Source: Actinomycetota bacterium
GTDB lineage: Bacteria; Actinomycetota; Actinomycetes; S36-B12
Assembly: GCA_016870195.1 (NCBI GenBank)
Contig: VGCC01000003.1
Location: forward strand, 68,019-132,018
DNA: 64,000 nt
Reading direction: 5' to 3'
Shown: positions 50,648 through 59,561 of the stretch, one piece after another
Layout: the number at the start of each line of letters is the position of its first letter
Numbering within the stretch: the stretch's first letter is position 1
Translations under genes and position numbers: made by a program
The notes under the pieces: generated by a model
The model's input: the letters and a program-made list of their open reading frames with translations, nothing else
Databases searched by the model: none
Told to the model about the DNA's origin: nothing

Positions 50648-51658
50648 ATGGCCATCACGATCCGGGATGTCGCGGAGGCCGCGGGGGTATCGACGGCGAC
50701 GGTCTCTCGAGCCCTGCGCGGACTGCCCTACGTGGACGAGTCCACTCGGTCGCGGATCCAGCAGGTGGCGGTCGATCTGGATTACGTGATCAGCCCGAGT
50801 GCGTCGCGTCTGGCATCTGGGCGCACCGGCTCGGTCGCCGTGATCACCCCCTTCATCGCGCGCTGGTTCTTCTCCACCGTCCTCTCCGGTGTCGAGGGTG
50901 TGCTGCAGGCGGCGGGCATGGACCTGCTCCTGATGAGCGTCAGCGATTACCTGGCTGGACACCAGCGACTTCCACCCGCACCCCGGCTCCGAAGGCGCGT
51001 CGACGGTGTCCTGGTGATCGCGATGCCGCCATCCGATCCGCAATTGCGGGAAATCCTCGACCTGGGCATGCCCACGTCGCTCATCGGCGTGAACACCGAT
51101 GGGGTTCCGAGTGTCACGATCGACGACGTCCTTGCCGCCAGGGTGGCGACCCAACACCTGGTCAACCTCGGCCACGAGCGCATCGGCCTGATCACCGGCT
51201 CGTCTGCGGAAGCTCCGCTGACCGCCGAGTACGACAGGGAGCAGGGGTTCCGCCAGGTCATGGCGGAGAACGGCCTCGACATCGACCCGTCGCTCGAAGC
51301 CTTCGGATACTTCACCATCCAGGGGGGTGAGCAGGCGATGACCGCGCTCCTCACCCAGCGCACTCCCCCTACCGCGGTCTTCGCCCTCAGCGACGAGATG
51401 GCTTTCGGCGCCATGCGTGCCCTGCGCACTCATGGACTCGCCCCCGGTCGGGATATTTCCATCGTCGGTATCGACGGCCATGACATGTCGGAGCACCTGG
51501 ACCTGACCACAGTCGTGCAACCCGTATACGACCTAGGTCGTATCGCCGCGGAGTCGCTGCTCGTGCAGATGCGAACACTCTCGCAGGGGGATGGCGGGGA
51601 TCCGGTTCGGCTGCCCACGCAGCTGATCGTTCGTGGATCGACCGCGCCACATCGGTGA
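50648..51658 (+). CDS. LacI-family transcriptional regulator
   Basis: N-terminal HTH TIRDVAEAAGVSTATVSRALRG. Periplasmic-binding-protein-like effector domain. Confidence 0.9.
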   Translation: MAITIRDVAEAAGVSTATVSRALRGLPYVDESTRSRIQQVAVDLDYVISPSASRLASGRTGSVAVITPFIARWFFSTVLSGVEGVLQAAGMDLLLMSVSDYLAGHQRLPPAPRLRRRVDGVLVIAMPPSDPQLREILDLGMPTSLIGVNTDGVPSVTIDDVLAARVATQHLVNLGHERIGLITGSSAEAPLTAEYDREQGFRQVMAENGLDIDPSLEAFGYFTIQGGEQAMTALLTQRTPPTAVFALSDEMAFGAMRALRTHGLAPGRDISIVGIDGHDMSEHLDLTTVVQPVYDLGRIAAESLLVQMRTLSQGDGGDPVRLPTQLIVRGSTAPHR

Positions 51659-51717
51659 TGGAGCGACACGTGCTCCTCTGCGGCAGACTCGCGGGATCGG
51701 CCAATCGCGGAGGGTTC

Positions 51718-52407
51718 ATGGAAACCGAGACAATTGAGATCGCAGAAACCGGAGCACCCGGAGTTCTCGCACGGCCCGACTCGGGATCCGGTCCCGGAGT
51801 GGTGGTCATCCAGGAGTGGTGGGGCCTGGTGCCGCATATCGAAGACGTCACCCGGCGGCTGGCCGACGCCGGATTCGTCGCACTCGCCATCGACTTCTAT
51901 CGCGGTGTGGAGACGACGGAGCCCGATGAAGCGGAGAAACTCATGATGGGTCTCCAGGTGCCCAATGCCGCTGCCGATATCGCCGCGGGTGCCTCGTGCC
52001 TGCTGTCGCGCCCCGAGGTCTCGAGTGTGCACGTGGGGACGCTTGGTTTCTGCATGGGTGGTGGGCTGTCGTTGCTCGCACCGACCGTGAGTGACGCCCT
52101 CTCCGCAGCGGTCGCCTTCTACCCAGCCATGCCCTGGCCCGACTACGCCCCTGATTGGGCGCGCTACGCGGGCAAGGCCGCGCTGATCCACAAGGCCGAG
52201 TCGGACGAGGGGTGGGCCGGACCTCGGATCGCCGAGTACTCGGATGCAATCGCTGCCGCCGGGGGGCACGTGCTGATCCACGACTACCCCGGGTCGGTCC
52301 ATGCGTTCTTCAATGGTGATCGTCCCGAGGTGTTTCAGGAACGGAATGCCGAGACCGCCTGGAACCGGTCACTCGCCTTCCTGCGCGAGCATTGTCCTTC
52401 CGCCTGA
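51718..52407 (+). CDS. dienelactone hydrolase family protein
   Basis: ATG 51718 with GGAGGG upstream. VVVIQEWWGL, nucleophile motif GFCMGG, C-terminal HAF. Confidence 0.8.
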   Translation: METETIEIAETGAPGVLARPDSGSGPGVVVIQEWWGLVPHIEDVTRRLADAGFVALAIDFYRGVETTEPDEAEKLMMGLQVPNAAADIAAGASCLLSRPEVSSVHVGTLGFCMGGGLSLLAPTVSDALSAAVAFYPAMPWPDYAPDWARYAGKAALIHKAESDEGWAGPRIAEYSDAIAAAGGHVLIHDYPGSVHAFFNGDRPEVFQERNAETAWNRSLAFLREHCPSA

Positions 52408-52470
52408 CAGGAGTCGCGCTACCTCGGCTCGAACTGCCCGATCCAGTGCCACACTGATGTCGGAGGTTCC

Positions 52471-53175
52471 ATGCATCCCACTGCAGATCAGGTGCTGCCT
52501 GGCACCGCGCCCAGCGATTACGAGAACTACCTCAAGACCGACGCGCTCCTCGCGTTGCAGCCGGGTCCCGAAACCTGGACCCACCGTGACGAATTGCTGT
52601 TTACCGTGGTCCACCAGTCGGCCGAGTTGTGGCTGAAGCTCGCCGTCGCGGAAGTCGAGCAAGCCATCACGCAACTCGACAGGGGCAAGCGCCTCGCCGC
52701 CACCCGGTCCCTCGACCGGGTCATCGAGTGCATCGACATCATCACACCGCCCCTGCACATGTTGGAGCGCATGACGCCGTGGGACTACCAGCACGTGCGC
52801 ACCGCTCTCGGTCACGGATCGGGGTTCGACTCGCCAGGGTTCCTCCGTTTGCGAACATCCCTCCCGAATCTCGTCGCCGCAGTGCGCCGCCAGTTGGAGT
52901 CCGATGGCTTGACCCTGCGTGACCTCTATCTCGCGGTCGAACAGAACGAGGAAATGTTCGCCATTGTGGAGCGACTCGTCGAGATCGACGAGGGCCTCAT
53001 GAAGTGGCGGGCCCTTCATACGAAGGTGATCGAGCGCACCATCGGTGGAACGGTGGAGGGGACCCAGGGAACACCTGTGGAAATCGTGCGCAATTTGCGC
53101 GATAAGTCGATCATGGACGAACTCTGGACCGTGCGCGCGGAACTCACCGAGCTGGCCGACCAGACGCTCAGGTGA
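52471..53175 (+). CDS. kynA: tryptophan 2,3-dioxygenase family protein
   Basis: SDYENYLKTDALLALQ, DELLFTVVHQSAELWLKL and GSGFDSPGFLRLR resemble bacterial TDO. Confidence 0.75.
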   Translation: MHPTADQVLPGTAPSDYENYLKTDALLALQPGPETWTHRDELLFTVVHQSAELWLKLAVAEVEQAITQLDRGKRLAATRSLDRVIECIDIITPPLHMLERMTPWDYQHVRTALGHGSGFDSPGFLRLRTSLPNLVAAVRRQLESDGLTLRDLYLAVEQNEEMFAIVERLVEIDEGLMKWRALHTKVIERTIGGTVEGTQGTPVEIVRNLRDKSIMDELWTVRAELTELADQTLR

Positions 53176-53843
53176 GGGCCGTCGCCGAACTCGACACGGC
53201 GATCTGTGGCTGCCGTCGCTGCCCCCGACTGATCGACTGGTGCGCTCAGGTGGCACTGGAGAAGCGCGCGTCGTATCGCGAGGAGGAGTACTGGGGTGGA
53301 CCGGTACCCGGCTTCGGTTCCGTGCATCCGCGCATCTGGATCGTCGGCCTGGCACCCGGTGCGCACGGGGCGAACCGCACCGGACGCATGTTCACCGGTG
53401 ATCGCAGCGGCGATTGGCTCTACGGCTCCCTGCATCGGGTCGGGCTCGCCCGTATCCCCGCATCCCACCACCGTGAGGATGGGCAGCACCTGGAGCATGT
53501 CCGGATCACCGCGGCCGTCCACTGTGCGCCCCCGGCCAACAAGCCGACGCCGGACGAGATCCACCGGTGCGGTGAGTGGTTGACCGCGGAGGCCGCCCTG
53601 GTGCGTCCCTCCCTGCGGGTGGGCATTGCTCTGGGGTCGGTGGCGTGGGCGGCCATGTGGCGGGTGCTCGGGTCCGGCCCCCGACCGAGATTCGGCCATG
53701 GTGTGCGGGCGGAGTCGGGGGGAGTGACCCTGCTTGGCAGCTATCACCCCAGCCAGCAAAACACCTTCACCGGCCGGCTCACCGAGCAGATGCTCGACGA
53801 GGTCCTTGGGACAGCCGCGGGGTTGTCCCGGGGCCTACCCTGA
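53172..53843 (+). CDS. uracil-DNA glycosylase, family 5 (UdgB-like, 4Fe-4S)
   Basis: CGCRRCPRL cluster cysteines, motif A GLAPGAHGANRTGRMFTGD, motif B SYHPSQQN. GTGA overlap with the TDO gene. Confidence 0.8.
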   Translation: MRAVAELDTAICGCRRCPRLIDWCAQVALEKRASYREEEYWGGPVPGFGSVHPRIWIVGLAPGAHGANRTGRMFTGDRSGDWLYGSLHRVGLARIPASHHREDGQHLEHVRITAAVHCAPPANKPTPDEIHRCGEWLTAEAALVRPSLRVGIALGSVAWAAMWRVLGSGPRPRFGHGVRAESGGVTLLGSYHPSQQNTFTGRLTEQMLDEVLGTAAGLSRGLP

Positions 53844-53848
53844 GGGCG

Positions 53849-53922
53849 GCCCCTGTAGTCCAACTGGCAGAGACACCCGGCTTAAACCCGGTCCAGTATG
53901 GGTTCGAATCCCATCGGGGGCA
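53849..53922 (+). tRNA. 74-nt tRNA with anticodon UAA (Leu codon UUA/UUG) but a class I, short-variable-loop architecture
   Basis: Hand fold:
- Acceptor stem GCCCCTG/CGGGGGC.
- D arm GTC-CAACTGGCAGA-GAC, with GG present.
- Anticodon arm CCCGG-CTTAAAC-CCGGT (U33, anticodon TAA at 53883-53885, A37, one C-U mismatch at 27:43).
- 5-nt variable loop CCAGT.
- T arm ATGGG-TTCGAAT-CCCAT.
- Discriminator A; no encoded CCA. Confidence 0.85.
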
Positions 53923-53976
53923 CGTGGTGGGCAGGGTGAGTTGGCGCGGGCGCACTTATGGGTTACCGTGGAACGC

Positions 53977-54837
53977 ATGCAATCCAATAACCCCGTTCTG
54001 ACTCGCTACGAGAAGAAGCCCACCGGGTTCTACGAGGAGGGTCGATCCGCATTCGCTGCCGCGAGCGGCCAGGCACCTTCGGCTCCCCAGACCACCACGC
54101 CGGCGGGCGCTCCTCCCACCACCCCGGAGGACTTCGCCACGATCACGGCGGCCGGTGGCCTCCGCGTGACCCTGAACGACGTGGTCGTCAAGTGCGCCAT
54201 CATGTTCGCGATCGTGGTTGCGTTCGCCTTCGTCGGGTGGAACCTCATTTCCGCCCTGCCGGTGATGATGCTTCCGGCGCTGATTGTCGCGACGGTCCTC
54301 GGCATCGTGAATGCGGTCAAGAAGAACGTTTCCCCGGCCCTGATGATCATCTTCGCCGTCTTCGAGGGCCTGATGCTCGGCGGAATCAGCAACTTCTACA
54401 ACGCATACGCGTCGGGTAATGGCTGGGACGGTGTCGTGTTGCAGGCCGTGGTCGCGACGATGACCACGTTCGGCGTGATGCTCCTGCTCTACATGACCGG
54501 CGTCATCAAGGTGACCAAGCGGTTCACCCAGATCCTCTTGGTCGCGGGCGTGTCTTACCTCGTGCTCGCTCTCGCCTCAATGGTCGCCTCGTTCTTCGGC
54601 GTCGGTGGCGGCTGGGGTTTCTACGGGGTTGACGGCATCGGGATCATCATCTCGATCGTCGGCGTCGCTCTCGCTGCTCTGTTCCTCGCCCTGGACTTCG
54701 AGGCGATCAAGCAGGGCATCGCGATGGGACTCCCCGAGCGCGAGTCCTGGCGCATGGCCTTCGGCCTCTTGGTCACACTCGTGTGGCTCTACCTGGAGTT
54801 CCTGCGCCTGCTGTCGATCTTCTCCGGTCGCGAGTAA
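53977..54837 (+). CDS. Bax inhibitor-1/YccA-family membrane protein
   Basis: ATG 53977 (MQSNNPVLTRYEK...). Seven TM helices, and the C-terminal LYLEFLRLL resembles BI-1. The ORF-track extension back to 53734 runs through the tRNA and is rejected. Confidence 0.8.
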   Translation: MQSNNPVLTRYEKKPTGFYEEGRSAFAAASGQAPSAPQTTTPAGAPPTTPEDFATITAAGGLRVTLNDVVVKCAIMFAIVVAFAFVGWNLISALPVMMLPALIVATVLGIVNAVKKNVSPALMIIFAVFEGLMLGGISNFYNAYASGNGWDGVVLQAVVATMTTFGVMLLLYMTGVIKVTKRFTQILLVAGVSYLVLALASMVASFFGVGGGWGFYGVDGIGIIISIVGVALAALFLALDFEAIKQGIAMGLPERESWRMAFGLLVTLVWLYLEFLRLLSIFSGRE

Positions 54838-54840
54838 GCA

Positions 54841-55116
54841 CTACGGAAGCGCACGGCGCAGGTCCGCGAGGATCTGCGCCGCTTCTGTTTCATGACCACC
54901 GCTATAGGCGAACTCGGCGCAGATCACGCGGAGTTGTGCACCGGCCGCATGGGTACCGATGCGCGGGACAACTCGCGGGGCCTGGGTGTCGGGGGTGAGG
55001 TCGCGAATTCGCTGAGCGGCGGTATGCGTGAGGTCTGCGCCGTGCACCTGATGTCTCTCCGGGAGAGCCGCGAGCCGGGTGAGGATCCGATCGAGCTCAC
55101 GCTCCAGTTCGGTCAC
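54841..55116 (-). CDS. hypothetical 91-aa helical protein, translationally coupled to the MBL hydrolase gene
   Basis: GTG 55114-55116 overlaps the MBL stop (GTGA). GC3-rich. No family recognised. Confidence 0.5.
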   Translation of the reverse strand: MTELERELDRILTRLAALPERHQVHGADLTHTAAQRIRDLTPDTQAPRVVPRIGTHAAGAQLRVICAEFAYSGGHETEAAQILADLRRALP

Positions 55117-55805
55117 ATGGCGCCTTGGCGTCGGAGGAACGTTCGGATCGCCTCGCGCCCGGTCTGGGCGATGTGCGGGCCATGGGTGAACGCTGCCGTC
55201 GTGTACTCAGCATCGGCGAGTCGCGCCGCAGTCTGGGCGTTCTGGACGGTGTTCGTGCAGAAGGCGGCGATGGGCCATCGCATACGCGCGTTCATATTGA
55301 ATATTGAATCCCCGGTGATCAGCACGCCGGAATCGGGATGCAGCAGGCTGATGTGACCCGGGGTGTGCCCGGGAGTGTGCAGCACCTGGATGCCGCCCGC
55401 GATGTCGAGGACTTGGCCGTCGGTGACCTCACCCACCACGGGGACCGGCGCGAAGCCGCCGCTGCGTAGGCGCGAGAAGAGGGTGCGGGGAACCGGTGGG
55501 CGCGACCCGTTGCGGGCAAACTGGGCCTCCTCCGCGTGGACGGTGACGCCGCGCGCAGCCGCGCGTTCCACCATTGCTGCCGCCCCACCCGCGTGGTCTT
55601 CATGCGCGTGGGTCAGCACGATGCGCTGAACGTCGGAGGGACGACGCCCGAGCGCGGCGAGCCCGCGCACGATCGCCGAAGGCGCGCGCTTCAGGCCGCA
55701 GTCGACGAGTGTGACGGAGCCGTCGTCCTCGAGGAATGCGAAGGAGTTGATGTAGTCCCCGAAGGTGGGGATCCGGTACACACACGAGGAGAGTGTGATG
55801 GCCAC
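55113..55805 (-). CDS. MBL-fold metallo-hydrolase
   Basis: 230 aa from GTG 55803-55805. HxHxDH motif LTHAHEDHAGG, then HTPGHTPGH. The remaining 252 upstream codons of ORF 55113..56561 overlap coxM off-frame and are rejected. Confidence 0.8.
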   Translation of the reverse strand: MAITLSSCVYRIPTFGDYINSFAFLEDDGSVTLVDCGLKRAPSAIVRGLAALGRRPSDVQRIVLTHAHEDHAGGAAAMVERAAARGVTVHAEEAQFARNGSRPPVPRTLFSRLRSGGFAPVPVVGEVTDGQVLDIAGGIQVLHTPGHTPGHISLLHPDSGVLITGDSIFNMNARMRWPIAAFCTNTVQNAQTAARLADAEYTTAAFTHGPHIAQTGREAIRTFLRRQGAM

Positions 55806-55820
55806 CGGACCACCGTACGC

Positions 55821-55858
55821 ACGAAAGGCGGAACCGGGAACCCGGCTCCGCCTTTCGT
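55821..55858 (-). terminator. 18-bp GC-rich hairpin between coxM and the MBL gene (terminator or intra-operon processing/stability element)
   Basis: ACGAAAGGCGGAACCGGG-aa-CCCGGCTCCGCCTTTCGT with one mismatch. Starts 6 nt after the coxM stop and ends 15 nt before the MBL start. No U-tract. Confidence 0.4.
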
Positions 55859-55864
55859 GACGGA

Positions 55865-56722
55865 CTACTTCAGGCCGGAGGCTGCCGCCACCGCCCGCTT
55901 GGTCAGCACGCGAGCCAGGTGCAGCCGGAACTCCTCGTCCGCATCGTCGTCGGCGAAGGGCGCCAGCCCATCCGATGCGCGCGCCGCGGCCGCCTCGATA
56001 TCGGCCAGCGAGGACGCACCGACGAGTGCCTGCTCGATCGCGGAAGCGCGCATCGGTGTACCACCGACATTCGTGAGACCAATCCGGGCCTCGGCGATCT
56101 TGCCGCCATCCATACGAACAGCAGCCGCGACACCGACGATGCTCCACGCCTGTGCCGTGCGGTTGAACTTCTCGTAGTGGGTCGACCACCCGTCGTACTT
56201 CGGGAAGGAAACCGAGACGAGGATCTCGTCTGGTCCAACCGAAGTCTCGAATGGCCCCTGGAAGAACTCCGCTGCCTTCACCGTGCGCTGGCCGCCGGAA
56301 CCGGCGATCTGGAACTCGGCATCGAGTGCCAGGGCCACCGGGGGTAGGTCTGCCCTCGGATCGGCATGGACCATCGATCCACCGCACGTACCGCGATGAC
56401 GAATCTGCGGATCCGCGACCGTCGCGGTCGCCTGCGCGAGCAGCGGCACCGAGGACTTCACCAAGGCGTTGTTCATCACCGCATGGTGGGTTGCTCCCGC
56501 GCCGATGACGACCTTGCCCCCCTCCTCGCGGATCCCGCTGATCTCGTCGATGCCGGAGCAATCGACGAGAACCGAAGGGGCGTTGAGTCGCAACCGGAGT
56601 ACGGGGAGCAGGGACTGCCCGCCGCCCAGGACCTTCGCGTCTTCACCGCCGGCCTGCAATGCAGCTAGTGCCTCAGCGACCGTGGTCGCCTTCGTGTACT
56701 CAAATGCTGCGGGAATCATCAC
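55865..56722 (-). CDS. coxM: xanthine dehydrogenase/CO dehydrogenase family FAD-binding medium subunit (CoxM-like)
   Basis: KVLGGGQSLLPVLRLRL FAD-binding motif. 285 aa. 4-nt overlap with coxL. Confidence 0.88.
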   Translation of the reverse strand: MMIPAAFEYTKATTVAEALAALQAGGEDAKVLGGGQSLLPVLRLRLNAPSVLVDCSGIDEISGIREEGGKVVIGAGATHHAVMNNALVKSSVPLLAQATATVADPQIRHRGTCGGSMVHADPRADLPPVALALDAEFQIAGSGGQRTVKAAEFFQGPFETSVGPDEILVSVSFPKYDGWSTHYEKFNRTAQAWSIVGVAAAVRMDGGKIAEARIGLTNVGGTPMRASAIEQALVGASSLADIEAAAARASDGLAPFADDDADEEFRLHLARVLTKRAVAAASGLK

Positions 56723-59085
56723 TTACCTCCCTTAGCTGCCTGGATGGTCTTCCACACGGTCATCGGTGTCGCCGGCATGGCCACCTCGGTCACACCCAGG
56801 TGACGCAGGGCATCAACGACGCCATTGATAATCGCCGGCGTGGAGGCGATCGTACCGGCCTCGCCCACACCCTTGGTGCCGAGTGGGTGCGTGGTGGACG
56901 GCGTCACCGTTTGGCCGGTTATGAACGACGGCAGGTCGGGCGCCGCCGGAATGAGGTACGTCGACAGGGTCGCGTTCAGCGGCTGCCCGTCCTCGTCGTA
57001 GAAGGCGCCTTCGTAGAGCGCCTGGGCGATGCCCTGAGCGAGGCCTCCGTGGACCTGACCTTCGACGATCATCGGGTTCACCTGGATACCCACATCGTCG
57101 ACCGCGACGTAAGTGCGTACGCGGACCTTCCCGGTCTCGGTATCGACCTCGATTGCCGCGAGGTGTGTGCCGTGGGGATAGGAGAAGTCATCCGGATCCA
57201 CCGTGGCCTCACCCTGCAGCGTCGGCTCGACGCCGTCCGGCAGGTTGTGTGCGGTGAAGGCTTCGAAAGCGACCGCCCCAAGTGGCTGCTGCTTGGAAGC
57301 GTCACCCTTGACCTGAAATACGCCGTTCACGAACTCGAGGTCCGCCGGGCTGCACTCGAGTTGGTGGGCTGCGATCACGCGCGCCTTCTCGATCAGGCGT
57401 TCGGCTGCCAATTTGATCGCCCGCCCACCTACCGCCAGCGAACGCGAGCCATAGGTATCCATTCCGTAGGGAGCGCGACCCGTGTCACTGTGCACGACCT
57501 CGATGTCCTCGACGGGGACGCCGAGGATGCTGGAGGCGATTTGGCTCCACGCGGTTTCATGTCCCTGGCCGTGGGGGGAGGTGCCGGTGATCAATTCGAC
57601 TTTCCCTGTAGGGAGCACGCGGATCGTGCAGTGTTCCCATCCGCCAGCCACGTACTTGAGAGCGCCCAATGTGCGCGAGGGTGCGAGGCCGCACATCTCC
57701 GTGAAGGTGGAGATACCAATCCCGAGTTGCACGGGCTCGTTGCTGTCGCGTCTCCGCTTCTGCTCTGCTCTCAACTCGTCATAGCCGAAAAGGTCGAGGG
57801 CCTTGGCGGTAGCTGCCTCGTAGTTGCCGGTGTCGTACGTGAGTCCGGACACCGTGGTGTACGGGAATTCCTCGTGCTTGATCCAGTTCTTTTCGCGCAG
57901 TGCGAGTGGATCCATCCCGAGTTCCGCAGCGAGTTCGTCGATGATGCGCTCGATGGCGTACGTCGCCTCCGGGCGTCCGGCACCTCGGTAGGCATCGGTG
58001 GGCGTGGTGTTCGTGAACACACCCGTGCATTTGAAGTTGTACGCCTCCATCTTGTAGATGGCCGGGTACATGAACATTCCTAGCAGCGGGATGCCTGGAG
58101 TGATGATCTGCAAGTAGGCACCCATATTCGCGATGAGTTCCACGTTCAGCCCGAGGAGCTTGCCGTCCTTGGTGGCCGCGATCTCGATATCCTGAATCTG
58201 ATCGCGACCATGGTGTGTGGCGAGCATGTCTTCGCTGCGGGTCTCCGTCCACTTCACCGGCCGTCCGAGTTTGCGCGCCAGGTTCACGACGAGGACTTCT
58301 TCTCGGTAGCACTGCAACTTGCCTCCGAAGCCACCACCCACATCGGGAGCCACCACGCGCAGGTTGTTTTCCGGGATACCGGTGACCAGGGCGAGCAGGA
58401 CGCGCAACACGTGAGGGATCTGCGTGGCAGACCACACTGTGATCTCGTCGCTCATGCCCATTGGTGCGGCTACGACCGAGCGGGGCTCCATGAATGCGGG
58501 GATAAGGCGCTGGTTGATGAAGCGGCGCTTGACGACCACATCTGCCTTCGCCTTAACTTCCTCGTAACCACCGCCGAGGTTGTACACGTAGCAGACGTTG
58601 GTGCCGGCATCTGCGTGCACGGGTGTTGCACCAGGGGCGATCGCCTTCTCCATATCGATCACCACCGGGAGGGGTTCGTACTGCACGACGATGTCCTCGA
58701 GGGCATCGACGGCGCTCTGCGGATTGGTGGCGAGTACCACGGCTACGCAGTCGCCGACTTGGCGCACGGTGTCCGGGGCGAGGGCTGGGAATGCCGGCAT
58801 CACGATGTCGTCGGTGACCGGCCACACGCAGGGAATCGAGCCGTTGAGGTCGCCGAGTTCAGCAGCACCGAAGGCGTTGACCACATTGGCGTGATTCTTC
58901 GCCGGACTTACGTCCAGCTTGGTGATCTTCGCGTGCGCATAAGGACTGCGCAGGATCGCCATGTGCACGGTGCCGGGGAGTTGGATGTTGTCTGTCCAGT
59001 TGGTCTGGCCGTGCAGGAGTCGCGCATCCTCCTTGCGCTTTATCGGTCGACCTAGCGCAGAGGGTGTTTCAGTAGTTGCGGTCAC
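56719..59085 (-). CDS. coxL: molybdopterin-binding large subunit, CoxL-like form II (AYRGAGR type)
   Basis: 788 aa aldehyde oxidase/xanthine dehydrogenase-family large subunit. Active-site loop TDAYRGAGRPE at 57973-57993 rather than the form-I AYxCSFR. Confidence 0.88.
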   Translation of the reverse strand: MTATTETPSALGRPIKRKEDARLLHGQTNWTDNIQLPGTVHMAILRSPYAHAKITKLDVSPAKNHANVVNAFGAAELGDLNGSIPCVWPVTDDIVMPAFPALAPDTVRQVGDCVAVVLATNPQSAVDALEDIVVQYEPLPVVIDMEKAIAPGATPVHADAGTNVCYVYNLGGGYEEVKAKADVVVKRRFINQRLIPAFMEPRSVVAAPMGMSDEITVWSATQIPHVLRVLLALVTGIPENNLRVVAPDVGGGFGGKLQCYREEVLVVNLARKLGRPVKWTETRSEDMLATHHGRDQIQDIEIAATKDGKLLGLNVELIANMGAYLQIITPGIPLLGMFMYPAIYKMEAYNFKCTGVFTNTTPTDAYRGAGRPEATYAIERIIDELAAELGMDPLALREKNWIKHEEFPYTTVSGLTYDTGNYEAATAKALDLFGYDELRAEQKRRRDSNEPVQLGIGISTFTEMCGLAPSRTLGALKYVAGGWEHCTIRVLPTGKVELITGTSPHGQGHETAWSQIASSILGVPVEDIEVVHSDTGRAPYGMDTYGSRSLAVGGRAIKLAAERLIEKARVIAAHQLECSPADLEFVNGVFQVKGDASKQQPLGAVAFEAFTAHNLPDGVEPTLQGEATVDPDDFSYPHGTHLAAIEVDTETGKVRVRTYVAVDDVGIQVNPMIVEGQVHGGLAQGIAQALYEGAFYDEDGQPLNATLSTYLIPAAPDLPSFITGQTVTPSTTHPLGTKGVGEAGTIASTPAIINGVVDALRHLGVTEVAMPATPMTVWKTIQAAKGGK

Positions 59086-59561
59086 TTTGCACCTCCCATG
59101 AGTTCGGCGGCCATCTCGACCGATCGGACGATGTTGTGATACCCGGTACAGCGGCAGAGGTTGCCTTCAAGTCCTTCGCGGATCTCCGCTTCGCTGGGGT
59201 TCGGGTTCTCGGACAGCAGATCGACGGCGGACATGACCATGCCCGGAGTGCAGTACCCGCACTGGAGGCCGTGGCACTCTTTGAAAGCGGTCTGCACGGG
59301 GTGCCATTCGTTCCCGTCGGAGAGCCCCTGGATGGTCGTGATCGATGTGCCATCCGCCTGGACGGCAAGCACACTGCACGACTTCACGCTTCGGCCGTTG
59401 AGTAGAACGGTGCAGGCCCCGCAATTCGAGGTGTCGCAACCGATGACTGTCCCAACGCGGCCGAGATCGTTGCGTAGGAAGTGGACCAGCAGTGCGCGCG
59501 GTTCCACCTCGCGCTCATATGTCATTCCGTCGACAGTGACGGTGATGGGAATGTGGTGCAT
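59082..59561 (-). CDS. coxS: [2Fe-2S]-binding small subunit (CoxS-like)
   Basis: CDTSNCGACTV and CGYCTPG...CRCTGY cysteine motifs. GGGAGG 7 nt before the ATG. Confidence 0.92.
   Translation of the reverse strand: MHHIPITVTVDGMTYEREVEPRALLVHFLRNDLGRVGTVIGCDTSNCGACTVLLNGRSVKSCSVLAVQADGTSITTIQGLSDGNEWHPVQTAFKECHGLQCGYCTPGMVMSAVDLLSENPNPSEAEIREGLEGNLCRCTGYHNIVRSVEMAAELMGGAK

Noticed and set aside
53849-53922. Possibility that the odd tRNA is a nonsense suppressor
   Set aside because: The anticodon 5'-UAA-3' pairs with the sense codon UUA (and UUG by wobble), not with a stop codon. A UAA suppressor would need anticodon UUA.
53734-53976. N-terminal extension of the BI-1 ORF back to 53734
   Set aside because: The extension overlaps the udgB 3' end and runs straight through the tRNA gene. 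The MQSNNPVL start at 53977 matches BI-1/YccA N-termini.
56659-58083. 474-aa plus-strand ORF
   Set aside because: Antisense to coxL. There is no family resemblance, whereas coxL is well supported on the minus strand.
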